The translations under genes were made by a program, and so were the position numbers. The notes under the pieces were generated by a model, which did not search any database, had not been told where the DNA came from, and was given only the letters and a program-made list of their open reading frames with translations. 64,000 bases of DNA from Antedon mediterranea (Eukaryota; Animalia; Echinodermata). The first letter of the stretch is position 1. Each line of letters starts with the position of its first letter. Shown one piece after another: positions 1-13,300 of this stretch. The stretch is taken from the NCBI RefSeq assembly GCF_964355755.1, contig NC_092671.1, positions 38,202,304-38,266,303 on the forward strand, given 5' to 3'.

Positions 1-443
1 GTAACAAGAACTACCGAAAGGAAATAGCAAGGTGTGTTTGTTAACGTCAAGCTTATTACCACACCTATGGAATCAGAGCTGTGCTATGCATGTGTACTAT
101 ACAATACTCAATAACTTTGATAACAAGAGGACGTTAGATTCATGTGCTTTCTAATACTGATAGCGGTATTTGCTTAAAACATGCTGTTTTTAAAAAGGTG
201 TAGAAAATGTCTGACAGTGACAAGTGCTAGAATTTGCATATTGTACTGACAAGCAGTATAGAATTGATTGTTAAATAGTTGTTAGTTGCTGTTGGTTATC
301 ATTGAGTAGATTCAAGATTAAAAAATCAATTTACAACAATGAGGATAAAGACAAGGAGAATGTAATAATAACCTATTGATTACTTTGGTATTATGTAATG
401 TACTGTAAAAGAAGAACCATGTTCAATACTAGACTTGAGAGAT

Positions 444-578
444 AGTGGCGGATCCAGGATTTTGAAATAGGGGGAGCCCCAGGGCCTAAAAGTGGTGTTA
501 AATGGAGTGCTGAACTGAAATGGTGTCCTATCTTTTGCATTACAAATTGGGAAATTTAGAGGGGACCGGGCCGGCTGG
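444..578. mobile_element. hAT-like non-autonomous element fragment (second copy 25777-25910)
   Basis: AGTGGCGGATCCAGGATTTTGAAATAGGGGGAG...GTCCTATCTTTTGCATTACAA...AAATTTAGAGGGGACC shared between the two loci. Confidence 0.6.
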
Positions 579-581
579 TGT

Positions 582-708
582 GTGTGATGTGCCCAAATAT
601 GGTAGTGATGTGCCCAGATATGGTAGTGATATGACATCATCATTCATGTCCATATATGGGCACATCAAATTTTGTTGTCACATAAAGTTTGATAATGTAC
701 ACCAGGCT
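582..708. mobile_element. MITE family A (PIF/Harbinger-like), partial
   Basis: 21-bp core CCCAAATATGGTAGTGATATG and a degenerate right TIR. Confidence 0.75.
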
Positions 709-1523
709 TTAAAGGCCCGAATCCTTTATTGTAACATTTGTAAAAAAGCATTCGGATCGGAATAACAGAATTTCTGGAAAACCAGACATATTAGGGCAAG
801 GGTGGCGAGTTAGCTGTACAGTACTAAAAATCAATATTGGATGTTACAGTACAGTATGTTCCCCTCAATGTCAAGGGCATCTACTGCCCTTTGCATTGAT
901 AACTTTAACTTACTGTCTGTTTGTCTGTCTTGAGAATTGGGAATAACAATCACAAGATCCAGAGGAAACATTATGATAGAAAGTCTTATTTTTACAGAAA
1001 AAACACATTCAAGAATCCTCCATTGACATTGTTTCATTTTTTTTATAAACAAAAATAACTTCACCATAGCATTTTATAATTATCATATGTCTTGACAATT
1101 GAGAATAATGTCCTACTCAGAGGAAAGGAAGGGTATTATAAAGAAATTACTTTTTTACAGAAACAAATTTTAAAGGGACCTACTGTACGAACCAGTAATC
1201 TAAACATTTTTAACTCTCTACAAACTACAAAATCCACATTAAATCATACCGAAATTTAAAGGGACATGCGAACCAGAAATCTAAAAATGTTCAACTCTGT
1301 TTACAGTACAAAACCCACATTAAATCATATCGAGTACAAAATGTAATAAGCATTAATTATTGAGTTAGGAGTGACTAGTGAGTTCATTTATAGGTCATTA
1401 TTATGAAACATGAATTAGTCTGCCTGGAAGTTTTGCAGGCAATCTATTATTATTAATCAATTCATAGCATTGTTTATCCAGTTCTTATTCTTCGATTGTA
1501 GAACACAAACAATTAAACACTAA

Positions 1524-2005
1524 AGCTCTGTCCATACTATCATAAACTAGTAATAGTATGACAAAAAAAGTGTAATATGCCACGGACATGATGATGTCAT
1601 ATCACTACTGGGAATATCACTACCATATTTGGGCATATTACTATCATATGTGGGCATATCACTAACATGTCTAGGCATATCACTAACATATACTAGGCAT
1701 ATCACTAGTCATATTTGGGCATATCACTATCATATTTGGGTATATAACTACCATATTTGGGCATATCACTACCATATTTGGGCATATCACTACCATATTT
1801 GGGCATATCACTACCATATTTGGGCATATCACTACCATATTTGGGCATATCACTATCATATTTGGGTATATCACTATCATATTTGGGCATATAACTACCA
1901 TATTTGGGCATATCACTACCATATTTGGGCATATCACTACCATATTTGGGTATATCACTACCATATTTGGGTATATAACTACCATATTCGAGTGTAGACA
2001 GAGCT
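1524..2005. mobile_element. MITE family A with expanded 21-bp minisatellite (about 18 units)
   Basis: TIRs AGCTCTGTC...GACAGAGCT, TAA/TTA flanks, (CATATCACTACCATATTTGGG)n. Confidence 0.85.
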
Positions 2006-2468
2006 TTAGAGGCACAAAAGCGCCTTTGACCAAGTAACCAATGGTTCATGTTAATCAACCACATAAAGTAGTCTCTCAGACACGAAGGAAAGGTCTATTA
2101 AATGACATCCCTATTTAATTATTCCGAATGCAAAACTCTATGGAACAATAAACATTATGTTGCCGTAAAATGTCATGTTCATTAATTCTTAATTCATTAT
2201 TCTTAATTAATACACGCCATGATGATAAATGAGTAGAAAGAAATTCAACTTGATTAGAAAACCCTTAAAACAATAGAGGGTAATGGTTAACCGCAATGAC
2301 GTTAGTGAGTTGGGTACAAATTGTAAACAAAGCTGATCTCGCTTTTATGCGACGTCATAGGGTATACGCATTGAACATTGACAAAACAGTGCCAAGAAAG
2401 GCTGAAAAAAACGTCTCAACTTGCCCGCATGATTCAACATGACGTAGGTCCTCAACTCTCTTACTGTA

Positions 2469-2589
2469 AGCTCTGTTTACACTATAAAACAACAAAATAA
2501 AATATGCCCATATTTGGGTATATCACTGCCATATTTGGCCACATCACACTTTTTTTTGGTCAAACTAGTTTGATAGTGTAGACAGAGCT
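2469..2589. mobile_element. MITE family A
   Basis: TIRs AGCTCTGTTTACACTAT...ATAGTGTAGACAGAGCT. Confidence 0.8.
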
Positions 2590-3996
2590 TTATATCTGCT
2601 TTTGACAATATTAACATAATCAAACCATAACATAAACGTGTACACTATAATTTTTGTAGCTCATTCTTCAGTGAAAACTGGCAAAGAATTAATTTTAAAT
2701 GCAAAGATGGCAATGATTCAATACACTGAAGGTCAAACTATTATGTTTAGTCCCAATTCATTGAATTAAAAAAAAAGTTGATTTGTTGAGGCGTAAAAAA
2801 TCATCAAGGACATTTAACAATACTTCATCCACAGCAAATACTATAAAGCATTGCCATGTTTTATAACAACATTTATCAGACTAGAAAATATTTGGGCTGG
2901 TAGAGGTTATCATTGAATACAAAACATCGCAATCGTTATCAAGTTTGTAGAGGTCACTTTGGTGTCAATGTTGACTTTCAATATTCAAATTGAAATAATA
3001 AGGAAAAATTGAAAAAAATAATAATTTTTTTCAAATAGCCAATAGGGAAGTTTCTACCATACTGTATTCTGGCCAAAAAAAAAGAGGAATTGAAACTTCC
3101 GAGTGAGTATTTTTCGGGGCCAATTACATTCTTTGGACAGCAGCTTTTGGTTGGTTGGCAGTGATGATATGATTCCTATCCATAATTCATAACTATAGAC
3201 CTCTACCGGTGAACCAAAACGAAATAAAAATGCTGTAATTAACAAGTATCATTATCATGACTGTTGTAAACTGAGACCTGGCCTGGCCGGCCCTCCTAGG
3301 CCTACTTCTTTTCACTGACGGGAACTTAAAATCTAACCAGATTCTTACTGTACCTAGCCTGGGCAACACCGGCTCATCTACGAAGCCTTTCTTGCCCTAA
3401 CCTGGGTTATCAAAACAATCTAGGCCTATATAGTCTTAAGCCATCTACCTTTCTCCCTTTATATGCAAAGTTTAACCACCAATCAGAGGATTCAACCACC
3501 CAGTCTCTCCTCTCTCTCTCTGTTCTTGCTTACCCTCTCGCTCGGGTCTCCTACTTACCTAGCTACTTCCATGTACGATTCCCATCTGATCATCAGTAAA
3601 ATATATAGATTTTAACTTCAACTTACCTTAAGAGTCAATCTTCAATAACAATTGAATATGATCAGAACGGTTATGTTATCAATCGTTTCATATTTACAAG
3701 GGAAATTAGTCAATCCCTTCTCGTTCAAGACGAACGACAGTGTTAAAATTACAGTTCAGTGGGTTTAAAATTGGTTGATACTTATAGAGGGCGCTATTAA
3801 GTTATTAACTAAGTACAGTATTAATAATAATATTCTTTGGTATTTTAATAATGGTTAAAACCACCTTTTAATACCTTTATAGGTTATGTAATTAGGTGCA
3901 TGTTGATGACTGATTAAAGGAAAGATGTAACCTAACGCTTTGGCAAACTAAACTACACAAAACAAAAAGTGAGAGAGGGAAAAAAATGACCCCTAA

Positions 3997-4267
3997 AGGC
4001 CAATTTACACAGACAAGCTGTAGCGGTAATATAAATGTTATTCCTGATGTCATGACCATTTACACACTCACATTAACTCACCCACAATGCAAAGCATACG
4101 GGTGGTTTTTTCTCAGGCTAGATACAAATTCTTTCTGTTTTTTCTCTCAGCGCTTTGGGACAATCTTTTGATTGTATAAGCGCTTTATAAATCGAACATT
4201 CATTACATTGGGACAAGCTACGCGGTTTTCCGCTTACATTTACCGCTCGTCTGTGTATTACAGGCCT
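3997..4267. mobile_element. MITE family C (PIF/Harbinger-like) containing an inserted L2-like SINE tail (about 4130-4210)
   Basis: AGGCCAATTTACACAGAC...GTCTGTGTATTACAGGCCT; homologous to the 31562 and 58931 copies. Confidence 0.7.
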
Positions 4268-5106
4268 ATATTAAAATAGCACTGCTTTTATTGCCGAGTT
4301 ACTACAGTAAATCGTATGTAAAATGGAAATTAATCGGGACCCAGACATGACACAGGTTTTTTTTTTTTTAGCTCAGCAGTGTTATATATATATTTATTTC
4401 ACAGTAAAATAATAATAATACAACAGAAAAGTTCAACAAACTCACTTCCATTTTTTTTTCATCTTTAATGGCATTTTGAAATGACAGAGCTTATCTATAC
4501 ATGAGTTAAACAATCAGTGTTTCCGGTCATTGTACATGCAAGGCTAACTACATACGTCACAAGCCCCTGCTTAAAAAAACCCCCAAAATAAGTATGGTAC
4601 GCCCACATCCATCCTTGGTTATGATAAAATTAACATTCATATTCCTAACTCACCACATTTGTGCTACTAGGCTATTTCTGTATGATAAAATGAGAAGGTT
4701 GGTATTGTCATTATAAAACATTATGTTAATGTTAGCTAATCATCTTGATCAATAACATAAAAAACAAGGTGGACAAAATATTAAAATACACTGTAAAGTT
4801 CAGCAATATAAGGTATAAGATATAATTGTAGATTCCAATGTTAAATAGGCCACAATAAACAATATTCAAGTACAGGTTGTGTATGTATGGAACAGTCTAT
4901 GAGGTTTACTATGAATACCTCTACTGTACGTTTCTTGGCTTATTTCATTGAGAGGAGACTTTAGTAAAACCACCTTTATACACAAATAAAAGATATGTAC
5001 AAACTCTAAAGCAGTTCAACCTGTGAATTTGGTAGTTTATCATTTAGGATTTATAAGTTAATTGTATTAGATTGAAGTGGTTCTTCAAGTTCAACAGTTG
5101 CTATTA

Positions 5107-5285
5107 AGCGTGGTTCCCACTGGCGACGCAACACAAGGACGTAACGCAATGCAAGTGAATTGACCAATCACAAGCGATGGCTTATTCGCTTGTTATTGCT
5201 AACTGTCTATAACTTCGCTTGTCATTGGTTAAAACGCTTGCGTTGCGTTTACGTCCTTGCGTTACGTTCTAGTGGGAACCAAGCT
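5107..5285. mobile_element. MITE family B (PIF/Harbinger-like)
   Basis: TIRs AGCGTGGTTCCCACT.G...CTAGTGGGAACCAAGCT, long imperfect palindrome, TTA/TAA flanks. Confidence 0.8.
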
Positions 5286-6855
5286 TAACCAGGGAATCGT
5301 GATTGGAACTCCCTGCTATAACATTGCTATAACATTAACAATACCAATGCCAAGGTAATAATAATAATTTATGATGGTTGTACCAAAATCAAATTACTTA
5401 AAATAAACAGCATTGGGTTTCCACATCATATGTAAAATCACACTAAATAACAAATACAAACATACCACAAGCAAAAATAAAAAACCCAATGAGAATAAAT
5501 ATAATGGGAAGTGGTCCAAACAAACTATATAACTAATCACCAACAAACATAATATAACATTTTTATTACAAAATTACTGTTTTCACGATAAGAAATAAAT
5601 TGAATTAAAATAATAAGATTCATAAAGTTGCACACTTCAAACATAGATTTGTTAAAGAATAAAATAAAAATTAATTTACAAATGTGATGGGCTGTTTGTA
5701 GCCTAGAAGCAATTAACTTTATAATTCTATGTAAAATGCTGTCAAGCACTCAAGCACCAATGTTCTAGCTTTTCTATCCTTGAGCAGTAATATTTGTTCT
5801 CTAGTGGCGGCACTCTACGAACCAACTTTAAATATAACCCGAGAATGTACGTACAACCGATCCAGTAAAATGGTTACATTCAAGACTACGATTATGTACC
5901 ATGTTAAATTAAAATAAAATAAAGTAGATACACCATCATAAATATCAGCATTTCATCAAGCAAAACAGTCATTTGTTTACAGTTCATTCTAAGCAAATTT
6001 TTCTAATAATAACAATCATAAACTTCCTGTAAAGATGAAATTTATTGGTTTTATAGGATGCCAGTTAATTTAATTTAGAATTATTTTTAATTTTGATCTG
6101 CGAAAAAATTAAGAACTGGAAAAGAAATGACAATTATATATAATGTTAAATATAGGCCTAGTCAGTTTTTCTTAAAACTATTGTTATTCCCACTTGGTTT
6201 GTTTCTATACAATGGCAAATTATCACTTTCAGGAGAGGTACTACTTTCTTTTTGGTCAACTGCGCTTACAATAGATCACATCAAATAGTAACATCTCCCT
6301 ACCCTACTTACATCCCAACTTATCACATAAACACAGAAATAAACCTTATTTCTCTGTCAGGATCATTTCAGATTTGAGCAAGTATAATTTTATTTATTAT
6401 TTCAGAATCTTTTTGTATTTTAACTGGGTGCTTGACACAATTAATATTGTAGAATAGTTCATTTGTTCTATGGAATCCATGCAATCATTAATAAAATATT
6501 TAATTATTACATGATTATGAAGATTGAATATTTAGAAATTGACCTATGACCTATAAACATGGAATTTCTTTTAAGGCTACATGAATTAAAATACATGGTG
6601 TTTGCTGATTGGTTGAAAACATTATCATTCAAATTGCTAATTTGAATAACGAGTGGCTGCTCTGTACAGTCATGCTAATTTGTTAATACCACTGATAGTC
6701 TCCGCATTTTTAGCTAAATCCTAATATTTTACAAAAATCTGAAAAAGTGGTTAAACTATAATACACTTTACACACCTTGCCGTCATTCCCAGCTCTTCTA
6801 TACATTTTATTATCTTATATCCGCCGGGTATTTAAAAATTCAATTCTCACTTACG

Positions 6856-6861
6856 TTTATT
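6856..6861 (-). terminator. candidate proximal polyadenylation signal (AATAAA) of CLASP
   Basis: tttatt on the + strand about 410 nt after the stop; AATAAA is common in this AT-rich DNA. Confidence 0.35.
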
Positions 6862-7269
6862 ACAACATTGCACTAAAAGTATTAGAATTGACAACTGTTT
6901 AAAAAATTGAAAACAAAAAAAATGACAATTTATAAATTTTAACCATAAAGAAGAAAGCCATTTTGTAGAACACAGGTTTAATCGAACGTACACAATGTGC
7001 GTTTTATTTTTTTCGTATGACTTGCAATGGCCAGCAGAAAAATTAGACCATTTAAAAAAAAGAAATCTATCAAAAACTGTGATCGCAATGCTATAGATAT
7101 CCTGTGGATATTTCATGTCACATTTTACGATATATACACACATGCGAGACAGCGGCCATCCGCCTTATCGATTGATCAGTTAGGAGCTATTTAATATCAA
7201 TCTGTTAGCTCAACACTATGTCAGCATGTTCTCTATAACTTGTGTTTTTATAAGCTGCATATATTTTCT

Positions 7270-7359
7270 TTATCGACTTCCCGTACTGCTCGGTGAAAGG
7301 GGCGCTTGGTTTTGTTTTTCTTGCTGTGCTCGTTTGATGTAAAGATTAAGAAGCTTCAT
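7270..7359 (-). CDS. CLASP1: CLASP last coding exon (MKLLNLYIKRAQQEKQNQAPLSPSSTGSR*)
   Basis: 90 nt including TAA; conserved KMKLLNLYIKRAQ C-terminus. Confidence 0.97.
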   Translation of the reverse strand: MKLLNLYIKRAQQEKQNQAPLSPSSTGSR

Positions 7360-10300
7360 CTGAAAACAAAAGAATAATTAATTTATTACAAAAACAAAAA
7401 TGAATCATATTCTTGGGCATTAAGAAAGAAAGAAAATATTGCAGTAATTGTAAATAGAGAATCAAGGAAAGCAATGGTTTGGCTTACTTAGACCCAATTT
7501 ACACTTACTATTTGGGCCGGCCTCATAAAGCTAGTGAAAACTCGCTGGATCAGGCCCAAATAACTTACCCAGGACCCAATTGTAAGGGTAAATGGGGTCT
7601 TATATTCATACACAAAGCCCCATGGGGAGAATTACATACACAAAATACCAACTTTAGATATTGTGTACAGTATAAAATGTCAAAAAATAAATCAGTATTA
7701 AAATGGATAATAGGATGAATATAACATAGGATTTTTTTAAGCTGATTAAAAAAAAGACAAGGCTGTGACATTCATTCATGATTATTTAAGATCGTATAAC
7801 GTACCTTGCTACCAGGAAGATCTTTAAGGTATTCTTTGAGTTCATCTCCAATTGTACAATGAATAGCAACAAGGCAAAAGACACTGGCTTTTCTAACGCT
7901 GCTCTCTTGGTGATCATACGACTAGAAAACGTAAACAAAATCACCTATCATTTAAAGTAATTGTTTAGATTTCGTGTTAATGAGCTTAGCCATGGTAACT
8001 GGTGATCATTCGTGAGCGAGTGGCCAAGCGGTTAAGACAGTGGAACAGTAATTATGTGGCCATAACATGGGTAAGTGCTCGAGGCTCACTCGCTCCATGG
8101 TTCTGGTGGTAGAACAAGTCTTCTCGGATAAGGACTATAAACCGTTCAGTTTACACATCTAGCTCATATACACTTTAAAGAACCTGGTACATCTTTCGAG
8201 ACTAGGAGGGTGTTAGCTAGATAATAGTACATCACAGCAACTTTTTCCCTTACCTTTAGGAGCACTGGTACAACTTCAGCAATTACATCAAGTACGTAAG
8301 TTTCATCCATAAGTTCAATGACTTTTGTTAACATTTTAATAGCAGCTTGATTGATTGGGTAATCAGCCGTCTGAATAATGGGACAGAGGACGCGAACGCA
8401 TTGTTCAGGAGGGATTGAGTTGGCTAGAGTCGCTGACGTGTCTTCCGCAGCACGTACAACCTGAAAGAACATAAATGAAATAAATATCAAAGTGATAAAC
8501 ATAGAAAAGCAGCAACTTAAAGGGGAAATTTGAAATAGCAACTGAAAGGAGAAATTTGAAATAATCAGCAACTTAAAAGGGAAATTTGAAATAATCAGCA
8601 ACTTAAAGGGGAAATTAGAAATAAACAGCAACTTAAAGGGGAAATTAGAAATAAACAGCAACTTAAAGGGGACATTTGAAATTATCAGCAACTTAAAGGG
8701 TACACTGGATTGTGCATTATAAATTAAAACAAAGACATGTTTGTTACCTCTGTTTGTGAATCCTTATGAGCTTCAAGAATTTTGAGAATGGTTAATTCTA
8801 CGTAGTCTTTGAAACGATCTGGTTGGTTGCGTAGAATCTCTCGCAGAACTCTTAAAGCAAGAGCTCTGATTGTTGCCTACAATAAAATTATGAAAGTGAT
8901 GTGATCATATATGGACATAATGATGTCATATTATCACTTACATATTTGGGCATATCCCTACCATATTTGGGCAGAGCTTTACTTTCTATATTCTATGTAT
9001 TGTATGGAGTTCTCTGATTGGTTGATTATCACATGGCTTGCATAATACTTGGATCCATCCTCACTTTCAGGTGGTACATTGCATGTTCAGGGTTTTTATA
9101 AACATTTTAAGAATTTTTAAGAAATGCAAGGCTGGTATTCGAAAACCAACCTGTAACGGCCTTACTATGAGAACATATTCCAAGCTTCATTGATATTCAC
9201 AGTATGTGTTAAGGCGAACTCAGACAGCATCGTACGACAAGGCCCGACGAAACATCTTGACTCATCAGAGCTGTCTGAGTTAAATCCTGACGAGACCAGT
9301 CATCTTGAGATAGAATGTCGGGCGTAGTTTTTAAGTCTTTGTGAGAACTTTAAACATGTTTCATTTTCTCCAGACAAGATGACTCATTGGGCCTCGTCAT
9401 ACAACGTTGTCTGAGTTGGCGTTTATGAAACAAATAAAAGATGTTTTATTACCTCTGAATCTCCAAGTGTTTCCAACATAAGAAGCAGAACCGTTTTGAA
9501 ATGGTCGTCCCACATAGTCAAGCTGTTCTCACGTGTTAAGCGAATTAATTGAATCATGGCTGCCTTCCTTTCCTCAAATCTGGTGATAATAAACAAAATA
9601 TAAATTACAGTATGTATGTGGCTGTGATGGTTAAAGGGTCTGTGCTGGAACAGATGTGAAAGACCCTTTAAGCTCTGTCTATACTATCAAATTTCAAACT
9701 AGTTTGACAAAAAAAGTTTGATGTGCTCAAATATGGTAGTAATATACCCAAATATGGTAGTGATATGACATCATCATGTCCATATATGGGCACATCACAT
9801 TTTGTTGTCACATAAAGTTTGATATTGAAGACAGGGGTTTATAAGGAAATGCTACTTAGACCAAATCACTTTCAAACTAAAACTTAAGACCTTAATTTAC
9901 CCCGAGCCCGAGAAACATTATTTCAACATCTCAAAAAAGTTTAAATCCTTCGTTTTTTCCTCCCGAGAACATTTTCAGAAAGCTCTGAATAAACTTCCAT
10001 ACAATATTTTATATTTTAGATATGTTTTTTCTACAATTACTTTAATATAAAGGTGTTTCATTTAGGGACCACAGTGGAAATAAGTTGCTTTTGTACTTTT
10101 CATTTTGTAAGCAAACAAAGTTACCTTTCATTGTGATTGGACAATTCTTTCAACAAAGGAACAAATGCATCTGTCACGTCATCTGGAATAGCTAGAAAGA
10201 GACAAACAAAACAATGAAAGCACTTAGAAACTGAGTGAAGTACTCGGTAAAATATATCAGGGAAAATATTAGTTGGAGAGAGAGGGCACACTGCTTGATA

Positions 10301-13300
10301 TTTTATAAATGGGTAAATGGGGGAATAACCTGCGACTTGCAGTCTACTGGGCTGAATTGCGCACAGGTGTGGACGATACATATCACATCTTTCTTCTCCC
10401 CCCAAGGGTCCGATTGTTTTGAGTGCTGCCACCAAACAGCCCCTGTTCGCAACAACAGGGGCTGAATGGACCAGTACACCAGGGTAAACCCCTACTCCTT
10501 CGAAAAATGTACTGGGTTCCCAGATGGGTATATTGGAACTCAAGTTTTGTTTTGTTTTGTTTTTTTTTCTTTTTTTTAGTCTTTGATAGTTGTATACTCC
10601 CTCTAGGAGAACAGTCTTGTACTGAAGTGGTCAACCAGTATAAAGAAGATATACATAAATAAATTGAACTAGACTTGAACTCGTCACTTTGACGAGTTAG
10701 TTATCCGCACCACAAACGCTGCGTGCAAGTCATACGTTAGATTTTTTGCACAGAGAAAAATATGGCATTATGACCTGAACTGAAGAATATGATATGTTCT
10801 TTAGTGCTGCTGAATTCTGTCAATTTTGTGTCATATAGTATATACAGTATAAACCGTATTGTCTGCATACATGTTACATACAGTGTAGAATAGGTGAAAT
10901 TACGGGACCCGCCATTTATTCCAATTTTTAACATGGCGACGGTATCAAAATGAAAAACTAAGATAGTAATTTCGGCAGGAAATTATCTCAGCAACAACAT
11001 ATTACCGTGTAGAAGAAATTTGAATACGTAAAATATAGATGCGCGCTCTTTTAAATGTGATGAACTATGACGGAAATTATGAAAATACGACTTTTTATAT
11101 TCAACTGGCCATATGATGACGTTAAAACATCTGATTGGCAAAAAGTTAACATAAATTCGTATCTACAATCCAATAGCTGCCAGTAAACGTTTTACCCATG
11201 ATTATCACTTTTTATTCTGACGCGCTATAACAGATTGAAATTTACTGTAAAGGTGAAAATAAGTGACCCACGTTATTTACATTTTTAGACATGATGACGT
11301 CATAAGAATTAAAATATTTTTAACTCATGCGAAAGATAGTTGATTGACCTAGAAAATATCAAAATCGGGGTGAAAATGGATAACGGATAAGTGGAGATGC
11401 GCTCTATTAAATGTGATGTAATATGACGAAAGAAATAAAAATCCTATATTTTATATTTGGGTGGCCATACGATGACGTTACAATGTCCGGTTAGCCATAT
11501 TAATGCATGATCTGATATCTCCTACTCATGAACTTCCAGAATATGCAAGAAAAATAACTTTCACCGTTTAGTTTAGAAACTATAAGTGTTTAAAAAAAGG
11601 TATAATTTTGACAAATTTTGAGGAATTTTTGAACTTTTTCATCAAAAACGCACGTAAATTATCCAATTCGACGTGCCCGTATGACGTAATTGTAAGTCGA
11701 AATTATTCAAAAGTTGGTAAAATTACTAGACAAGGCTGGAAAAACATAAATTACGTGAAAAAAAATGTCTTCAACGCTACGTGCGCATCACGCGCGTAAA
11801 AAATCGCGCGCGCGTGGGAATTTTGTACATGCTCAAAATGACATGAAACGCGTAGAAAGTTGATTAGAAATTGAAATTTCGCATTTTGAAATTTTAAACG
11901 CGCGTGCGCGTAACTTCGTGTGAAACATGCCATTTTTTTCTCACAGTCAGTTAGCGCAAGATATAACTTAAACTTTTGCTAAGCTTCAATTTAAATTGTT
12001 ATATTGTTTTTGATCTATGTTAAATACGCGAAATTCATAAAAACGCATGTAAGTCATGTTGCGCAACTCTGATGTCATTCACAATAGGAGGTGCACAATT
12101 TCACGTGAATGCCCACATGTTGACAAAGTTATAAAATGTTATGTTTACACGTTTTTGAGTTACGCGAGACACAAAATTGACAGAAAGAAAGAATAATACA
12201 GGAAAAAAAAAAGAAAAAAAAAAAAAAGATGATTTCATACAGTTACAAGGAGTTATCCGCTGAATGCGGATAACTAATGATAATGATGAACTGTCTTACC
12301 TCCACCATACTCTTCTTCATCATACAACATTGAATCTGTCAACGCACCTCTACTTGATCTTAAATTCTATAAATAATATCAGTTAATGTTATTAAAGATG
12401 TATTGTTTCCCAAAAACATGAAAAATAAAGATTAATAAAATCAATTAAATAGGCCATTTTACAGTTTTAATAAAGTTATTCACTTTTTTCCAAAAAATAT
12501 TATTATTTCACTTATAAAAAGACAAAAGAAACGGTTAATCCAACCAAAAACCATTGTCAATTTAAGACCATTTAAGTATCTTTTGCTTTAAATTACATTT
12601 TTTCAGGTTAACACTTTTTTTTTTGATCCAGTTTTCGGTCAAAGTGAGTAACTATTACATGACATTAAAATGGTATAATTCAACAAAAAATGTGAAAACA
12701 ACAATTTTTTTTAGGGGGAAAATATATCTTTAAAATTATTCAAAACATAGTTATGTTGTTTTAAAGTTTCTTTTTTAAAATATGAATATATATTTAGTAT
12801 ATCTGAGTGTTAATACTAATAAATAAGGGCAACATAACATTTTTAAACAAATTTCTAACAAAAATGTGCATATAATTAGTTACAAATTGATCATAAAATG
12901 TTAGCATAATGGATTTATGTAATAAACATTAAATTAAAAATATTATGGTTAAACTTTGATTGGGCCATACACTCACAATAGTAGGAGTGAAGATGAAATA
13001 TTAAAATTATGTTGAATTACTACAAAAATTAAAACAAAATGAGTTACAAGTTACAATGAATGTTAAGCCCTGTCTACACTATCGATCTAGTTTGACAAAA
13101 ACAGTGTGATATGCCCAAATATGGTAGTGATATGACATCATCATGTCCATATATGGGCACCTCACATTTGTTTTGTCACATAAAGTTTTATAGTATAGAC
13201 AGAGCATTATACTGTTATCTTAATTGGCTATAAAAGTGTACTTAACAGAGGTACTTATTTCTCTAAAAATAGAGAAAACACAATTTCAAAATATAATGAC

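Noticed and set aside
1600-1990. CRISPR-like regular repeat (also 21596-21963 and 56873-57190)
   Set aside because: Head-to-tail tandem units with no unique spacers, no cas genes, and a eukaryotic intronic or intergenic context.
1629-2064. ORFs with YHYHIWA / PNMVVIC / PKYGSDM repeats (also at 380, 520, 20218, 47301, 63305)
   Set aside because: Translations of the 21-bp MITE minisatellite, open in several frames on both strands; not genes.
8461-8691. N-terminal ISNFPFKLL repeats of the 175-aa ORF
   Set aside because: Intronic 30-bp minisatellite read through upstream of the true acceptor at 8460.
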